64,000 bases of DNA from Octopus bimaculoides (GCF_001194135.2 NC_068998.1:46605235-46669234); one strand, 5' to 3'. Positions 26,816-38,302 are shown, numbered from the stretch's first letter. A program made the numbers and translations. Notes: generated by a model from the letters alone, not told the origin.

Positions 26816-27900
26816 CCAGGTGCATTCCGGAAGTATTGAGACTTTTTAGGAGAGATGTTTATTAATTTCAAAGTACCAAACTCTAATCTCCTTCAAAGTA
26901 GGTTCCTTTGACTTCAGTGCACTTGTAGTGTTCCAGTTTCTTTGGATGAAGGCCCCATGAAAATCCTTCAAAGTGAAGGTATCCAGGGCCTTTGTCACAG
27001 CCTCCTTCAGCTTAGGTAACACCCCCCACCCAAAGAAAAACAGGCAAGCACACAGTGTAGAAATCTCTTCAGAGGAAATACTCCCATCTGACAAGTTTTT
27101 CGGCCCTTATACCTGACATTACGGGAGCTAGGCCCACCCAGGTCATGACACATAGGTGTCCTCCTGCTGTTTCCCAAAATCCTGTCTCCAGTGGGATTTG
27201 AACCTAGGTTGTTCTTTGTGTTTGCAGGTCTGTATTCAGGTCTTTATCCAGCCCTGTCTTCGGCCACTCTGACCGACGAAGGAACCAGTTCTCTTCTTCC
27301 TTCTATTCTTGTAAATAACAAATAGAATCTATAACTAGGTCTATTGGTCATTTCTCTTTGCCCATATCCCATTGAGCTCTTTTCAACAATGTCAAACCCC
27401 AGTTACTTGGAGCAAGGTCAAGACTAGAGGGAAAGTGAAGGACAGTTTTGATGCCCTCTCTCTTAAGTTTTTGGTTACTTGGATGGAATTGTGAACTGGT
27501 GCATTCTCCTGGTGCATCTGCTTTCGCCTTTCGTGATGAAATCTCTTTCTGAACTCCTTCAAAACGCCTGCAAAGTACTCTGTGTTGACCACCTGGCCAA
27601 AAGGGAACCCAGTGGATGTAGATAATGCCCATGCTGTCAAAAAAGGAGATCATCATGAGCTTCCTAGTGGACTTGCGTTGCCTGGTCCCTTGTGCCAGCG
27701 AAAAGCAAATGCTCAGCTCCTACAAGTTAATCCATAAGCAGTTTGGAGCATTTCAAAAATTTCTGCTGTGCTTTCTCCCAGTTTGATATAAAACTATCGC
27801 ATAAAAAGCTTCCAAATTGTCTTCACATCTTATCTTCATTCTGCAAACTAATCAGTTGTAACAAGCAGTGTTTAGCAGGGTGTGTTCAAAGTCCCCTTCA
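26816..27900 (-). mobile_element. Decayed mariner transposon (second family) with an unrelated internal insert
   Basis: Minus-strand ORF pieces MMISFFDSMGIIYIHWVP, GQVVNTEYFAGVLKEFRKR, HQENAPVH, GIKTVLHFPSSLDLAP and KEAVTKALDTFT are degenerate mariner catalytic-domain motifs; TA-flanked terminus at 26814-26816. Confidence 0.8.
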
Positions 27901-28348
27901 ATCTAGTGCAAAAAAAAAAAAAAAAAAAANNNNNNNNNNNNNNNNNNNNNNNNNNNNNNNNNNNNNNNNNNNNNNNNNNNNNNNNNNNNNNNNNNNNNNN
28001 NNNNNNNNNNNNNNNNNNNNNNNNNNNNNNNNNNNNNNNNNNNNNNNNNNNNNNNNNNNNNNNNNNNNNNNNNNNNNNNNNNNNNNNNNNNNNNNNNNNN
28101 NNNNNNNNNNNNNNNNNNNNNNNNNNNNNNNNNNNNNNNNNNNNNNNNNNNNNNNNNNNNNNNNNNNNNNNNNNNNNNNNNNNNNNNNNNNNNNNNNNNN
28201 NNNNNNNNNNNNNNNNNNNNNNNNNNNNNNNNNNNNNNNNNNNNNNNNNNNNNNNNNNNNNNNNNNNNNNNNNNNNNNNNNNNNNNNNNNNNNNNNNNNN
28301 NNNNNNNNNNNNNNNNNNNNNNNNNNNNNNNNNNNNNNNNNNNNNNNN

Positions 28349-28384
<36 letters not shown>

Positions 28385-28889
28385 GTATGTAAATGTTTTG
28401 TATTTATGCATGTGCGTAAGTATGTATAAATGGATAGCTGGGATGTGCATGTATGTATACATACACACACACACACACGCATAGATATGTGCATGCATGC
28501 GTGTGTGTATGCTTACATGGTTTGTATTCCACTATATGTAGGAAATCTATTATAGTCACCAATACTAATTAAATTAGTCTAGAATTAAAAAAAAATTATA
28601 ACTGCCTGCATATGCGTGTAGACATTTCTATTGTATTTATTTCTCATATAACCTGTAGTCTAACTCGTCAAAACATTTTCAACACACCTGGCTCTCACCT
28701 GTAATCTCAACTATCTTAGTACATAAAACATATAATGCACCTGCTTAAATCTCACATGTAATCTCACCATAATACACCTGGCTAAATTTTATTTTTTTCA
28801 AAATTAGCAATACTGGTGTCTTCTATTTGACCTGCTAGAAATAGCAGCCATATTTCCCTCAAATTGTTGTCTTAGACCCTATTGAAAAT

Positions 28890-29160
28890 GAGAAGGAAAC
28901 TTTGGTTCTGAGTTCAAATTCCACTGAGTTCGACTTTGCCTTTCATCCTTTTGAGGTTGATAAATTAAGTACCAGTTGCGTACTGGGGTCAGTCAAGCAG
29001 CATTGGGACCTACATAATCGACGCGCTCTCACCCACATAATTTCAGGCACATTTCATTTTTCCAGGGTCAATGAAATAAGTACCAGTTACACACTGGGAT
29101 TGATGTAATTGACTAGTCCCCTCTCCCAAAATTTCAGGCCTTGTGCATTTAGTAGAAAGG

Positions 29161-29210
<50 letters not shown>
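28890..29210 (+). mobile_element. SINE family A (tail type 1) ending in (TTA)n
   Basis: ttctgagttcaaattccactgagttcgactttgcctttcatcc body, then tail ..aatttcaggccttgtgc..tagtagaaagg(tta)n. Confidence 0.85.
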
Positions 29211-29211
<1 letters not shown>

Positions 29212-29939
29212 GTATTTGCTTCATTTTTTTTTACCGTTATAATTGATTCCCGTGTAGCTTGCCCTTTTTGTGAGTTTAAAAGGTAGGGACAAACCTACCT
29301 AACTGTCTTCTCGAAGTACTCCCTGATTCTTTCTTCCCTTGATATTCAATCCACTCCGCACCCCCACCAAACACCACCACTAACCTGTTCACAAACAGAT
29401 GTACATTCGTTGGATGTCAATCATACTGTGTTCTGTATGGTGCTGTTTATCGCATTACCATCTGTGGAATCTATTTAGGTATGTTACGCTCCACTCCACT
29501 AATACGGAACCATATGTTACGACTGGCACCACAAATGGATTAATTGCAATAGTGATGGTGATGATGATGATGGTGATGATGATGATGGTGATGATGATGA
29601 TGGTGATGATGATGATGATGATGGTGATGATAGTAATTGTTTTAAATTTTAGTACATGCCAGCAGTTTTGAAGGGAGGAAGCAAGTCGACTACATCTCCA
29701 ATGTACTTCGCTGATATTTTATTTTATCGACCCCCGAAAGGGTGAAAAGCAAAGTTGACCTAAATTTGGATTTGGGTTTAGAATGTAAAGAGCTGGAATA
29801 AATTCCTACCAAAGGATTTTTGCTGGTGCCCTAAGAATGCTGACATCTCACCTGCTTAATAATAATAGTAATAATAATGGGATCAATGCCACCCAATCAA
29901 GTTCAATGCCACACATTATATATATATATGTATATATAC

Positions 29940-30345
29940 GATGAGCTTCTTTCAGTTTCTGTCTGCCAAATCCACTCACAAAGCTTTGGTCAGCCCGAGG
30001 CTATAGTAGATGTTTGCCCAAGGTGCCATGCAGTGGGATTGAACCTAGGACTCTGTGGTTGGGAAGCAAGCTTCTTATTTCTTTACTGCCCACAAGGGGC
30101 TACACACAGAGGGGACAAACAAGGACAGACAAATAGATTAAGTTGAATATATTGACCCCAGTGCGTAACTGGTACTTATTTAATCGACCCCGAAAGGATG
30201 AAAGGCAACGTCGACCTCGGCAGAATTTGAACTCAGAACGTAACGGCAGACGAAATACCGCTAAGCATTTCGCCCAGAGTGCTAACGTTTCTGCCAGCTC
30301 GCTGCCTCAGTGGTTGGGAAGCAAGCTTCTTACCACACAGCCACG
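29940..30345 (-). mobile_element. SINE family B head interrupted by a SINE family A insertion (30078-30309) with a 23-bp TSD
   Basis: gtggttgggaagcaagcttctta occurs at 30055-30077 and again at 30310-30332, flanking a family A copy with tail type 2. Confidence 0.9.
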
Positions 30346-30552
30346 CCTTGCAACTCCTAGTATGTTTGGATTACTATTTATCACATGATAAAGAGGGTGG
30401 TTTTCATTGGACAGCCTGCAGGACCAAAAAACAAAACTTGACAAAGGATGGATGAACTCAGTAAAGAGTTATCCACCATCCAAAAACCAGGAGTGAGAAG
30501 TTTCCGACCCCTAGTTTTCATTAGAAGGGCTCCTAGTTGTCATTAGAACTTT

Positions 30553-31215
30553 CGGATCTATTTTAAAACGGGGGCACCAGTATTTTCTTAACGAAACACT
30601 AACGAAACACTTTGAAACTTGGGACACTGGTAGAATGTGTCATATAAAACATCTTTTACTCTTAGTCTTCTTAACAAAAAAAAGGAATTCGCAAGTTATT
30701 CCATGTTAAAGTTGTCGTATTTCTGTAATTTCAACCAATCACTGACGTCTATTCAGCTGAATAGAGTTACTGCTGGGCGGTCATAAAAATGTTATTCCGT
30801 GTGACATATTTCATCCGGTTTAATCGTAATTTATACGCATATATTGTTTATATAATAAATTACGCTGTGCGTATCTATGTGTGTAACAATTTTAGAGTTC
30901 GGATTCTAGAGTTAGGGTTAGTGTTAGGGTTAGGGTTATGGTTACGGTTAACAGTCTAGTTAGGGTTAGGGTTAGGGGATTAATACGATATACACTGTTA
31001 CAGCGCTAACTGTTTTCAACTGAATAGACGTCAGTGATTAGTAGAAATTATCGAAATAAGATGATTTTTTACATGAAATAAATTCGAATACAAAAATATT
31101 TTTCTGTTCTATAACACAAAATAGATAAGTATACGAAGTTTGAAATTCTTTCCGTACCAAAAACACTACGTAAAACATAAATGAAAACTGGCGCCCCCGT
31201 TTTGAACTAGATCCG
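30553..31215. mobile_element. 663-bp MITE with 29-bp TIRs, 6-bp TSD (AACTTT), internal inverted repeats and a TTAGGG core
   Basis: TIR cggatctattttaaaacgggggcaccagt vs reverse complement cggatctagttcaaaacgggggcgccagt (26/29). AACTTT at 30547-30552 and 31216-31221. Internal inverted repeat at 30737-30761 / 31015-31039. Degenerate TTAGGG at 30911-30978. Confidence 0.9.
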
Positions 31216-31364
31216 AACTTTCTTCTCGGAGAAAGCAAACACCTGAAGTGCAGTTAGTTTCTGGTTCTCAACCTCTGTTGTGCCACTGTTTATCTTTAAC
31301 TGATTCTGCTGGAAATTGGTTTTGGTGCTGTGCAATATTATATCCGCTCAAAAATTCACACACA

Positions 31365-31745
31365 TAGGTGGAGGCATGGCTGTGTGGTAAGAAGCTTGCT
31401 TCCCAACCACATGGCTCTGGGTTCAGTTCCACTGTGTGGCATCTTGGACAAGTATCTTCTACTATAGCCTTGGGCTGACCAAAACCATGTGAGTGGATTT
31501 GGTAGACAGAAACTGAAAGAAGATTGTTGTATATGTGTGTGTGTGTTTGTGTGTGTCTGCCTCCCTCCACCATCACTTGACAACTGATGTTGGTGTGTTT
31601 ACATCCCCATAACTTACCAGTTCGGCAAGAGACCAATAGACTAAGTACTAGACCAATAGACTAAGTACTAGGCTTACAGAGAATAAGTCTTGGGGTCGAT
31701 TCTCCAGAAAAGCTGTAGTTTAATGACTGAAATAAGTAACTGAGT
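31365..31745 (+). mobile_element. SINE family B, full length
   Basis: Head ggaggcatggctgtgtggtaagaagcttgcttcccaaccacatgg, internal (TG)n, 3' domain. Confidence 0.85.
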
Positions 31746-31972
31746 AACAGAATAATACTGGAACTTCTTGGACTTGAGTTAAGAAATTGTCCTACCTGGT
31801 CAGGAGTTGACTAATACCATGAGTATGTGTGTGTCTGTGTGTATTTGTATGTATATATATATACATATGTACAGGTAGGTTATAAAACGATGCCATTCCA
31901 GTTTGTCTGACTAATTTTTTCCCTCTTCTTTTGACGATTTTATTAATTTCTTTTTCTCTTTTATTCCAACAG

Positions 31973-32238
31973 CATCCATTGACTTGAAGAAATTCCACAA
32001 GGACTCGCCACCATTCGATGCAAAACATGGCTACGAATGCAACCTGTTCACTGTTGAAAGCCGTCCCTGTTCTGTTAAGGATCTGTATTCTACAGCAGAC
32101 ATCTCTCCGTCTGAAGGACTTAGTGCATTGGATGGTATTCGTAAGGATGGCTGGAGTGGGTCGACGATGTTTAAACTCTGGCCAGTTGCTAATAAAGACA
32201 TCAGTATTTCAACTCCAGATTTCAACTCATCCAGAAAG
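31973..32238 (+). CDS. NHSL1: NHS-family / GUK-holder-like protein, exon encoding the C-terminal half of the WAVE homology domain
   Basis: Polypyrimidine tract + AG at 31971-72 (phase 1) and AAG|GTAACA donor (phase 0). The peptide ECNLFTVESRPCSVKDLYSTAD...LSALDGIRKDG aligns with the recalled NHS QxNxFxxxTRPxCVxxLH and WAVE QQLFDRKTLPIPLQETY...YRDDG segments. Phase matches the next exon. The symbol denotes the family; an invertebrate gene would be co-orthologous to NHS/NHSL1-3 and Drosophila gukh. Confidence 0.85.
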
Positions 32239-32253
32239 GTAACATCTAAGCCC

Positions 32254-32284
<31 letters not shown>

Positions 32285-33614
32285 GTTGAGTGAGAGACCA
32301 GTGCATGCCATCAAAGTGACACTAGGGTAAAATATACGAAGCTTAATATACCCACCATGACTATCCCAGACACATGCATCACAACCAAATGTGCGGGACA
32401 TGGTGATCTCATTTCAAGATAAAGAGCGCATTAATTTGTGGGTCGGGCCTAGTTGGAATTTTTTTCAGGTTGAGTTGCCCATCCCACTCAAAAAGTCCCT
32501 GAATAAGGGTTGTTTAAGGATGTTGAACGAAACACCCATGTTTCCAAAGGTGAATTATTCAAACCCCAAAGAATTCCTCTCAACGCATGGCTATGATGCT
32601 CCCCCACTACTTCTGCTTGTGGTCAGAGATGCACATATCATCAGCTGCTAAGGGACATACTCAACTGGTGAAGGTCAAGCAACTGACAAGCAATGGCTGT
32701 AGCCCATCTTTTTATACTAGGGCAAAATACGTACATGATATTGATGGCGATATTCACCCATTGCTTCGTTCTGAGTTGAAACTCTACTGAAGTCAACTAT
32801 GCCTCTCGTCCTTTTGGGGTCGATAAAATAAATACCAGTGAAACACTGCGGTCGATATAATCCACTAGTCTCCTCCCCACCAAATTTCAGGCCTTGTGCC
32901 TTTAGTAGAAAGGATTATTATTATTATTATTATTATTATTATTTGGAGAGACAATTCCGGGTTTACCAACAGTTATTTCTGTTGCTGGACTGAAGATCCT
33001 GTGAAAGATTCTGTGAAAATTTGTCCCTCTTGTGTTTTTACTTGTATTTGTCCATATATACATATATGTATATGTCTTTATGTGTGTATATATATGTGTG
33101 TGTGTGTGTGTGTATACACACACACACACTGAGATACACGTGTGTGTGTGTGTGTGTGTGTATTTGCATATTTGCTATACATGTCATTTATACTGGGTTA
33201 TATTTTCAGTGGTATTCTTACGAGAATGTCAGGTGTGTCCGTAAATGGCGACCGCCTCTACCAATTCAGGTTAGTTTGACTGCAACCTCCCCCCCCCCCC
33301 CCCCCTCCCCACGTGTACATACACACAGCATGTAACCCTTGCCGCTTATCTGTTGTAGAAATGTTGTGTCCCCTCATTTAGATTCAAAAATATTAATTCC
33401 CTTACAAATTCATGTCGCAGATACAACTCTTTAAGCTTTGGCTGTGTACCGGATCTTGTTGTGGTTTTGTTGTGTTACCTGTATCAAACATACTCCAAGT
33501 AATATGTTTGCAGTGCCTTGTAGTGCTGTTCTGTATGTGTGTGTATATAAGCCCCTGGGGTCGTGGCTGTGTATTTGTCTGCATGTTTTTTAATCATTTC
33601 GAAAGACCCCTGTT

Positions 33615-33856
33615 TCTCATCTTGTATCTTTTTATCTTTGACTCGTTTCAGTCATTAGACTGTGGCCATGCTGGGGCACCGCCTTAAAAGGTTTAGTCAA
33701 ACAAAATCGACCGCCAGTACTTATTTTTTAAGCCTCACACTTATTCTATCAGCCTCTTCTTCTGAAACTGCTAAGTTATGAGGATGTAAGCAAACCATCA
33801 ACAGTCGTCAAGTACTAATGGGGGACAAACTCAAATACAAAGATGCATGCACGTGT

Positions 33857-33890
<34 letters not shown>
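33615..33890 (-). mobile_element. SINE family B, 3' half
   Basis: tttcagtcattagactgtggccatgctggggcaccgcc...ctaagttatg...ggggacaaac matches the reverse complement of the family B 3' domain. Confidence 0.8.
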
Positions 33891-33891
<1 letters not shown>

Positions 33892-34343
33892 GCAGGCACA
33901 ATGTGGTTAATTCATTTTTTTCCTCCTCCTCTACACATTCTGTAGTCACTGCATTTTTCATCTATGATATTACTCTGCTTGTGCCTGCAGTCTTCTTATT
34001 TTGTCTGTGTGTTACACCAGGGGAGGTAATAACTCGAATGGAGAAAAATATATAAAGTGAAAGTGGGGAGTCAAAGAGAGAAACAGAGATAATAGGATCA
34101 GTGAAAAAAAGAAATTGAAAGAGAATACACATGAGACGAAGAAGGTCTACATTACTCTGCATTTGTGAGTTCAAATCGCAGGCTCAGTTGAGATGTTTAA
34201 CACAAAAGATACATCAATAGATAGTTAAAATAATGTAAAATAACCTTAGTTAGCAAATAGTTGTGGATGTTACACTTTTATCTTAAAATGGTAGGATTTC
34301 AAAAGAATTTTTCGAAATTCCTTGTTTGTGTTTAATATATTAA

Positions 34344-34636
34344 CCCATTACCTCCCATAATTCTATTAACTGGAATTTTTTTTTTATGAAACTTTGATTT
34401 CTAGCATAAAACAGCCTTAGAAACATGCTGGAATGATCAAAATAACATTTCAAAATAACATTTTAAATAGAAATAAGCGAGATATTGGGTGAAAAATTAG
34501 CAAACCTCATTTGAATATCAGAGAAATATACCTAGTAGATATAGCAAAAAGGTTAGATATGTGTAAATACTGACAGATAATTACGAAATTTGTAATTTTT
34601 AAGTAATCTCATATGAGATCACTGGTAGGTAACGGG
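34344..34636. mobile_element. piggyBac-type MITE (293 bp)
   Basis: TTAA at 34340-43 and 34637-40. Termini CCCATTACCTCCCA and the reverse complement CCCGTTACCTACCA (12/14), i.e. TTAA-CCC...GGG-TTAA. Confidence 0.8.
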
Positions 34637-34777
34637 TTAACATAATGTGTTCAAATTTGCTGACTTACACTGGAATTTCCGTAGGTCCTGCTAGTTCATT
34701 ATTAACTTTTGGTGGTTCCTAGTGGTTGGGTAGAGGCTTTGATTTTGTGCAGCAATGAAGAATTCAAGGCTTTACTG

Positions 34778-34876
34778 ACAGCATCTAGTTTACTGAGTGG
34801 TTACCCACCTAACTACTAACTTGGCTTGACATTGCTTATCTTCAGTGACCGGACAAGAACCGATGCCTTCAATGTG
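34778..34876 (-). pseudogene. Degenerate 5S rRNA-derived sequence (5S pseudogene or SINE3 head)
   Basis: Manual ungapped alignment of 34797-34876 to the reverse complement of the recalled metazoan 5S rRNA gives about 55/80 matches, including internal control region segments (tactaac, tgctta-cttc). Similarity extends to about 34778. Confidence 0.65.
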
Positions 34877-35146
34877 ATTCCCAGTTTTCTTTTATTGCTG
34901 TTGTTTTTGCTGTTGTCAAATGAGCCATTGTTTTTTTGTCATAATTCTGTGTGGTACTTTGTACTTTGTCACTCTAATCTCTCTTTTCATCTGTCATCTA
35001 TATAACAAAATATATTATCGCTATTATTATTTTCCTTCTTTCCATTTTGTTTTCATTTCTTGCTGAATGTCTTCCTGACACCTAGGGCAAAGAAACTCAC
35101 TATATACATTGATAGGCCATTAAAATAAATACTATTATTATTATTA

Positions 35147-35655
35147 CCAGTTAAGACAATCTTTTGCACTTCCTGCATGGATGGTAAGCGCCAGGCTTCA
35201 TTCTCAAATAATTTTCAGTTACCGTTTTGATAATTCCAAGTGCTCCTACAATCACTGGTATTATAAATCCATCTTGAGATGTCAAATCTTTTCAATTTCG
35301 ATTAGTAAATCGTTATATTTTCTGAGCTTATCAAATTCTTTTGCCGAGATATCATGGTCACAAGGTATGCTCATGCTAATCAATAAACAAACTTTATTGT
35401 ATGGGTCTTCCACAACAATATCCTGTTTATTTGCTATGATGGTCCTGTATGTACATACCTGTAAGTCCCAAAGAATAGTTACATTTTCTCCCTCAGTTGC
35501 AGCCTCAGGGTGGTGCTTGTACCATTTGTTAGCAGTTTTGATTTTTATAACACCGCCACATTATCCAATGTAGATATTAGCCAACTCTGTCTTGTCTTGA
35601 TTTGTATTCTACAGGTGCTAAAATTTTACACTCAGAGGCTATGTGGTCCACTGCT
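35147..35655 (-). mobile_element. Dong/R4-type (RLE-encoding) LINE, decayed zinc-knuckle + endonuclease domain
   Basis: Minus strand: VDHIASECKILAPVEYKSRQDRV, KWYKHHPE, VTILWD, ANKQDIVV, CLLI, KYNDLLIEIEK, PVIVGALG, QKIVLTG. Contains stops and frameshifts; (ATT)n on both sides. Confidence 0.85.
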
Positions 35656-35749
35656 TTATTATTATTTAGGAAGTGAAGTGAGCTGGCAGAATCATTAGCA
35701 TGCTGGACAAATTTTTAGTGGCATTTCACCCATCACTACATTCTGAGTT

Positions 35750-35800
<51 letters not shown>

Positions 35801-35802
35801 CA

Positions 35803-35957
35803 CGACAGGCTTCTTTCAGTTTCTGTCTACCAAATCCACCCACAAGGCTTTGGTCGGCCCGAGGCTATAGTAGAAGACATTTGCCCAAGGTGCCACACTG
35901 TGGGACTGAACCTGGAACCATGTGGTTCGTAAGCAAGCTACTTATCACACAGCCACC
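35803..35957 (-). mobile_element. SINE family B, 5' half (well conserved)
   Basis: ggcttctttcagtttctgtctaccaaatccac..cacaaggctttggtcggcccgaggctatagtagaagac...aagcaagctacttatcacacagcc. Confidence 0.85.
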
Positions 35958-36734
35958 CTTATGTCATATAAGGAAAATGTACTTTTATGTACTTTTATTT
36001 GACATGAGTTGAAATATAGGAAAAAGAAGTTGAAAATGCACTTGGAGTCATTTAGATGGTTTATTTTCTAAAAGCTTAACCAGTTTCACAGACTTTTCTG
36101 ATTTTCAAAAGTTAAGTGAGATAGGAAGACATAAGACATGAGCTTTGCCACGACAGTTTCAGCATAAAACTCTCCATCTGAAAGACTCCTAGTGCATCTT
36201 AAACTTTTTGTTATATGTGTGCCCGTGTGTTACTTTTTTGTTATGTGTGTATGAGTGTATGAGTGTGTGTTTTTGTGTGTGTGCGTGTGTTTTTGTCTTG
36301 TTATTGTGTGCTAATTGTAAACAATAGTACCCTCATACAAACAGTGTTGTTTGTTATATTCTATGCAAAAAAAAAAAAAAAAAAAGGGGTCCAGAATTGG
36401 GGAAAATATTATCACCAGGTTTGGAAATAGGTAGGGGGTTGGTGACAGGATGAGTATCTGGAAACAGAAACTCTGCCTCAATGAATTTTTGTCTGACGCA
36501 CATACAAACAAACATGGAAGAATAAATGTTAAAATGATGACGATGATTATGGAAAGAAATGTTGTTGTTGTTGTTGTTGCTGTTATCATTGTCGTCATCA
36601 ATGTATAAATATATTTCTGTGTAGGTGTTGAACGAAAGCTAAATAAAATCTTTTTGTTTTGTTTTATTTCTATTTTCTGGGGTTTTTTTTTTTATCGTTT
36701 GTAATGTTTCTTCTTCACTGCCCTGGTAAACAAG

Positions 36735-37570
36735 AAACCAACGTCACCACTACCATTACTCCCAGCACCACTAGTACCACCACCACCACTAGTGCCACCA
36801 CCACTACCACCACTATTGTTGTGGTCATCATCATCATCATCATATTCATCGCCCTCACCCACGTACCACCATCAATGCCACTGTGGCTGCCCCCCCCCAA
36901 CACCACCACCACTTCCACCATCACATTGCAGTCACAAACATCACTACCATCACCACAACCNNNNNNNNNNNNNNNNNNNNNNNNNNNNNNNNNNNNNNNN
37001 NNNNNNNNNNNNNNNNNNNNNNNNNNNNNNNNNNNNNNNNNNNNNNNNNNNNNNNNNNNNNNNNNNNNNNNNNNNNNNNNNNNNNNNNNNNNNNNNNNNN
37101 NNNNNNNNNNNNNNNNNNNNNNNNNNNNNNNNNNNNNNNNNNNNNNNNNNNNNACCACCACAACCACCACCACCACCACAACCACCACCACCACAACCAT
37201 CACCACCACCACATCCATAACGTTGCAATCTCCATCATCACTGCCACAGTCACCACAATCACTACCACCACCACCATCACCACAACCTACAGTACCATCA
37301 CCACCATCACCTATACCACAACCTCCATCACCATTACTATCACCATCACCACTGCTATCATCATTACCACTACCACTTTCAACTCCACCACCACAATGCC
37401 ACTACCACCACCAATGCTACCACCATCACCATCACTGCCTTCACCATAACCTCCATCACCCTACCCACAAATACCACCATCCCTATAAACACTATCGCTA
37501 CATCAATTGTGACCATCACCGCAAACATCACCACCACCACCACCACCACCGACACCACTGTAACCAATAA
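36735..37570. repeat. (CAC/CAT/ACT) mosaic low-complexity tract spanning a gap
   Basis: Visible triplet repeats; source of the 303-aa poly-T ORF. Confidence 0.9.
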
Positions 37571-37974
37571 ATTGTGGTGTAGGTGTTTGTCTGAGAATAG
37601 TCTGTGATATTTTCACAGGATTCCTTTTGAACATTTCTCCACAGCAAAGCGTTGAGGACTTTTTCTTAAAATACCCTCAACTTCTAAGAAAATCTAATTT
37701 CCTGAATCACAGCAACACTTTTTTTTTGTTTTTGTTTTTGTTGTTGATTGGTGTTTTTTTAAATTTTTTTATCTAAGCTTTTTGTTTTATTTCTTCATAT
37801 TTCCAGATACTATTGTATTTCATAGCTATTAGTGGCCAATAAAGGAATGGATTATTATTATTATTATTTTATTATCATCATCATCATCATCATCACAAAA
37901 AATACAATAAATAAAGCAATCCTCATTATTTTCTATTATTCAGCTGTGTGTATAGTTTAGCTGCATACATAGAT

Positions 37975-38027
<53 letters not shown>

Positions 38028-38271
38028 TATGTATACATACATACATTATATATATATAATGTATATACACGCACACACACACACACACACATATATATAT
38101 TTGTAAAAATATGTGTATATACACACACACACATATATATGTATATATACATACATTTATATAATTATGCACATATGTGTGTGTGTATGCTTTGCATCCA
38201 TGTGCACATACATTTGTACATGCTTTTACTCTCACCCACATTAAAAATATATATACTTTTACGCACATACA

Positions 38272-38302
<31 letters not shown>

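Noticed and set aside
30911-30978. Chromosomal telomere or fusion scar
   Set aside because: The TTAGGG tract is short, degenerate and enclosed by TIRs and a TSD, so it is part of a MITE.
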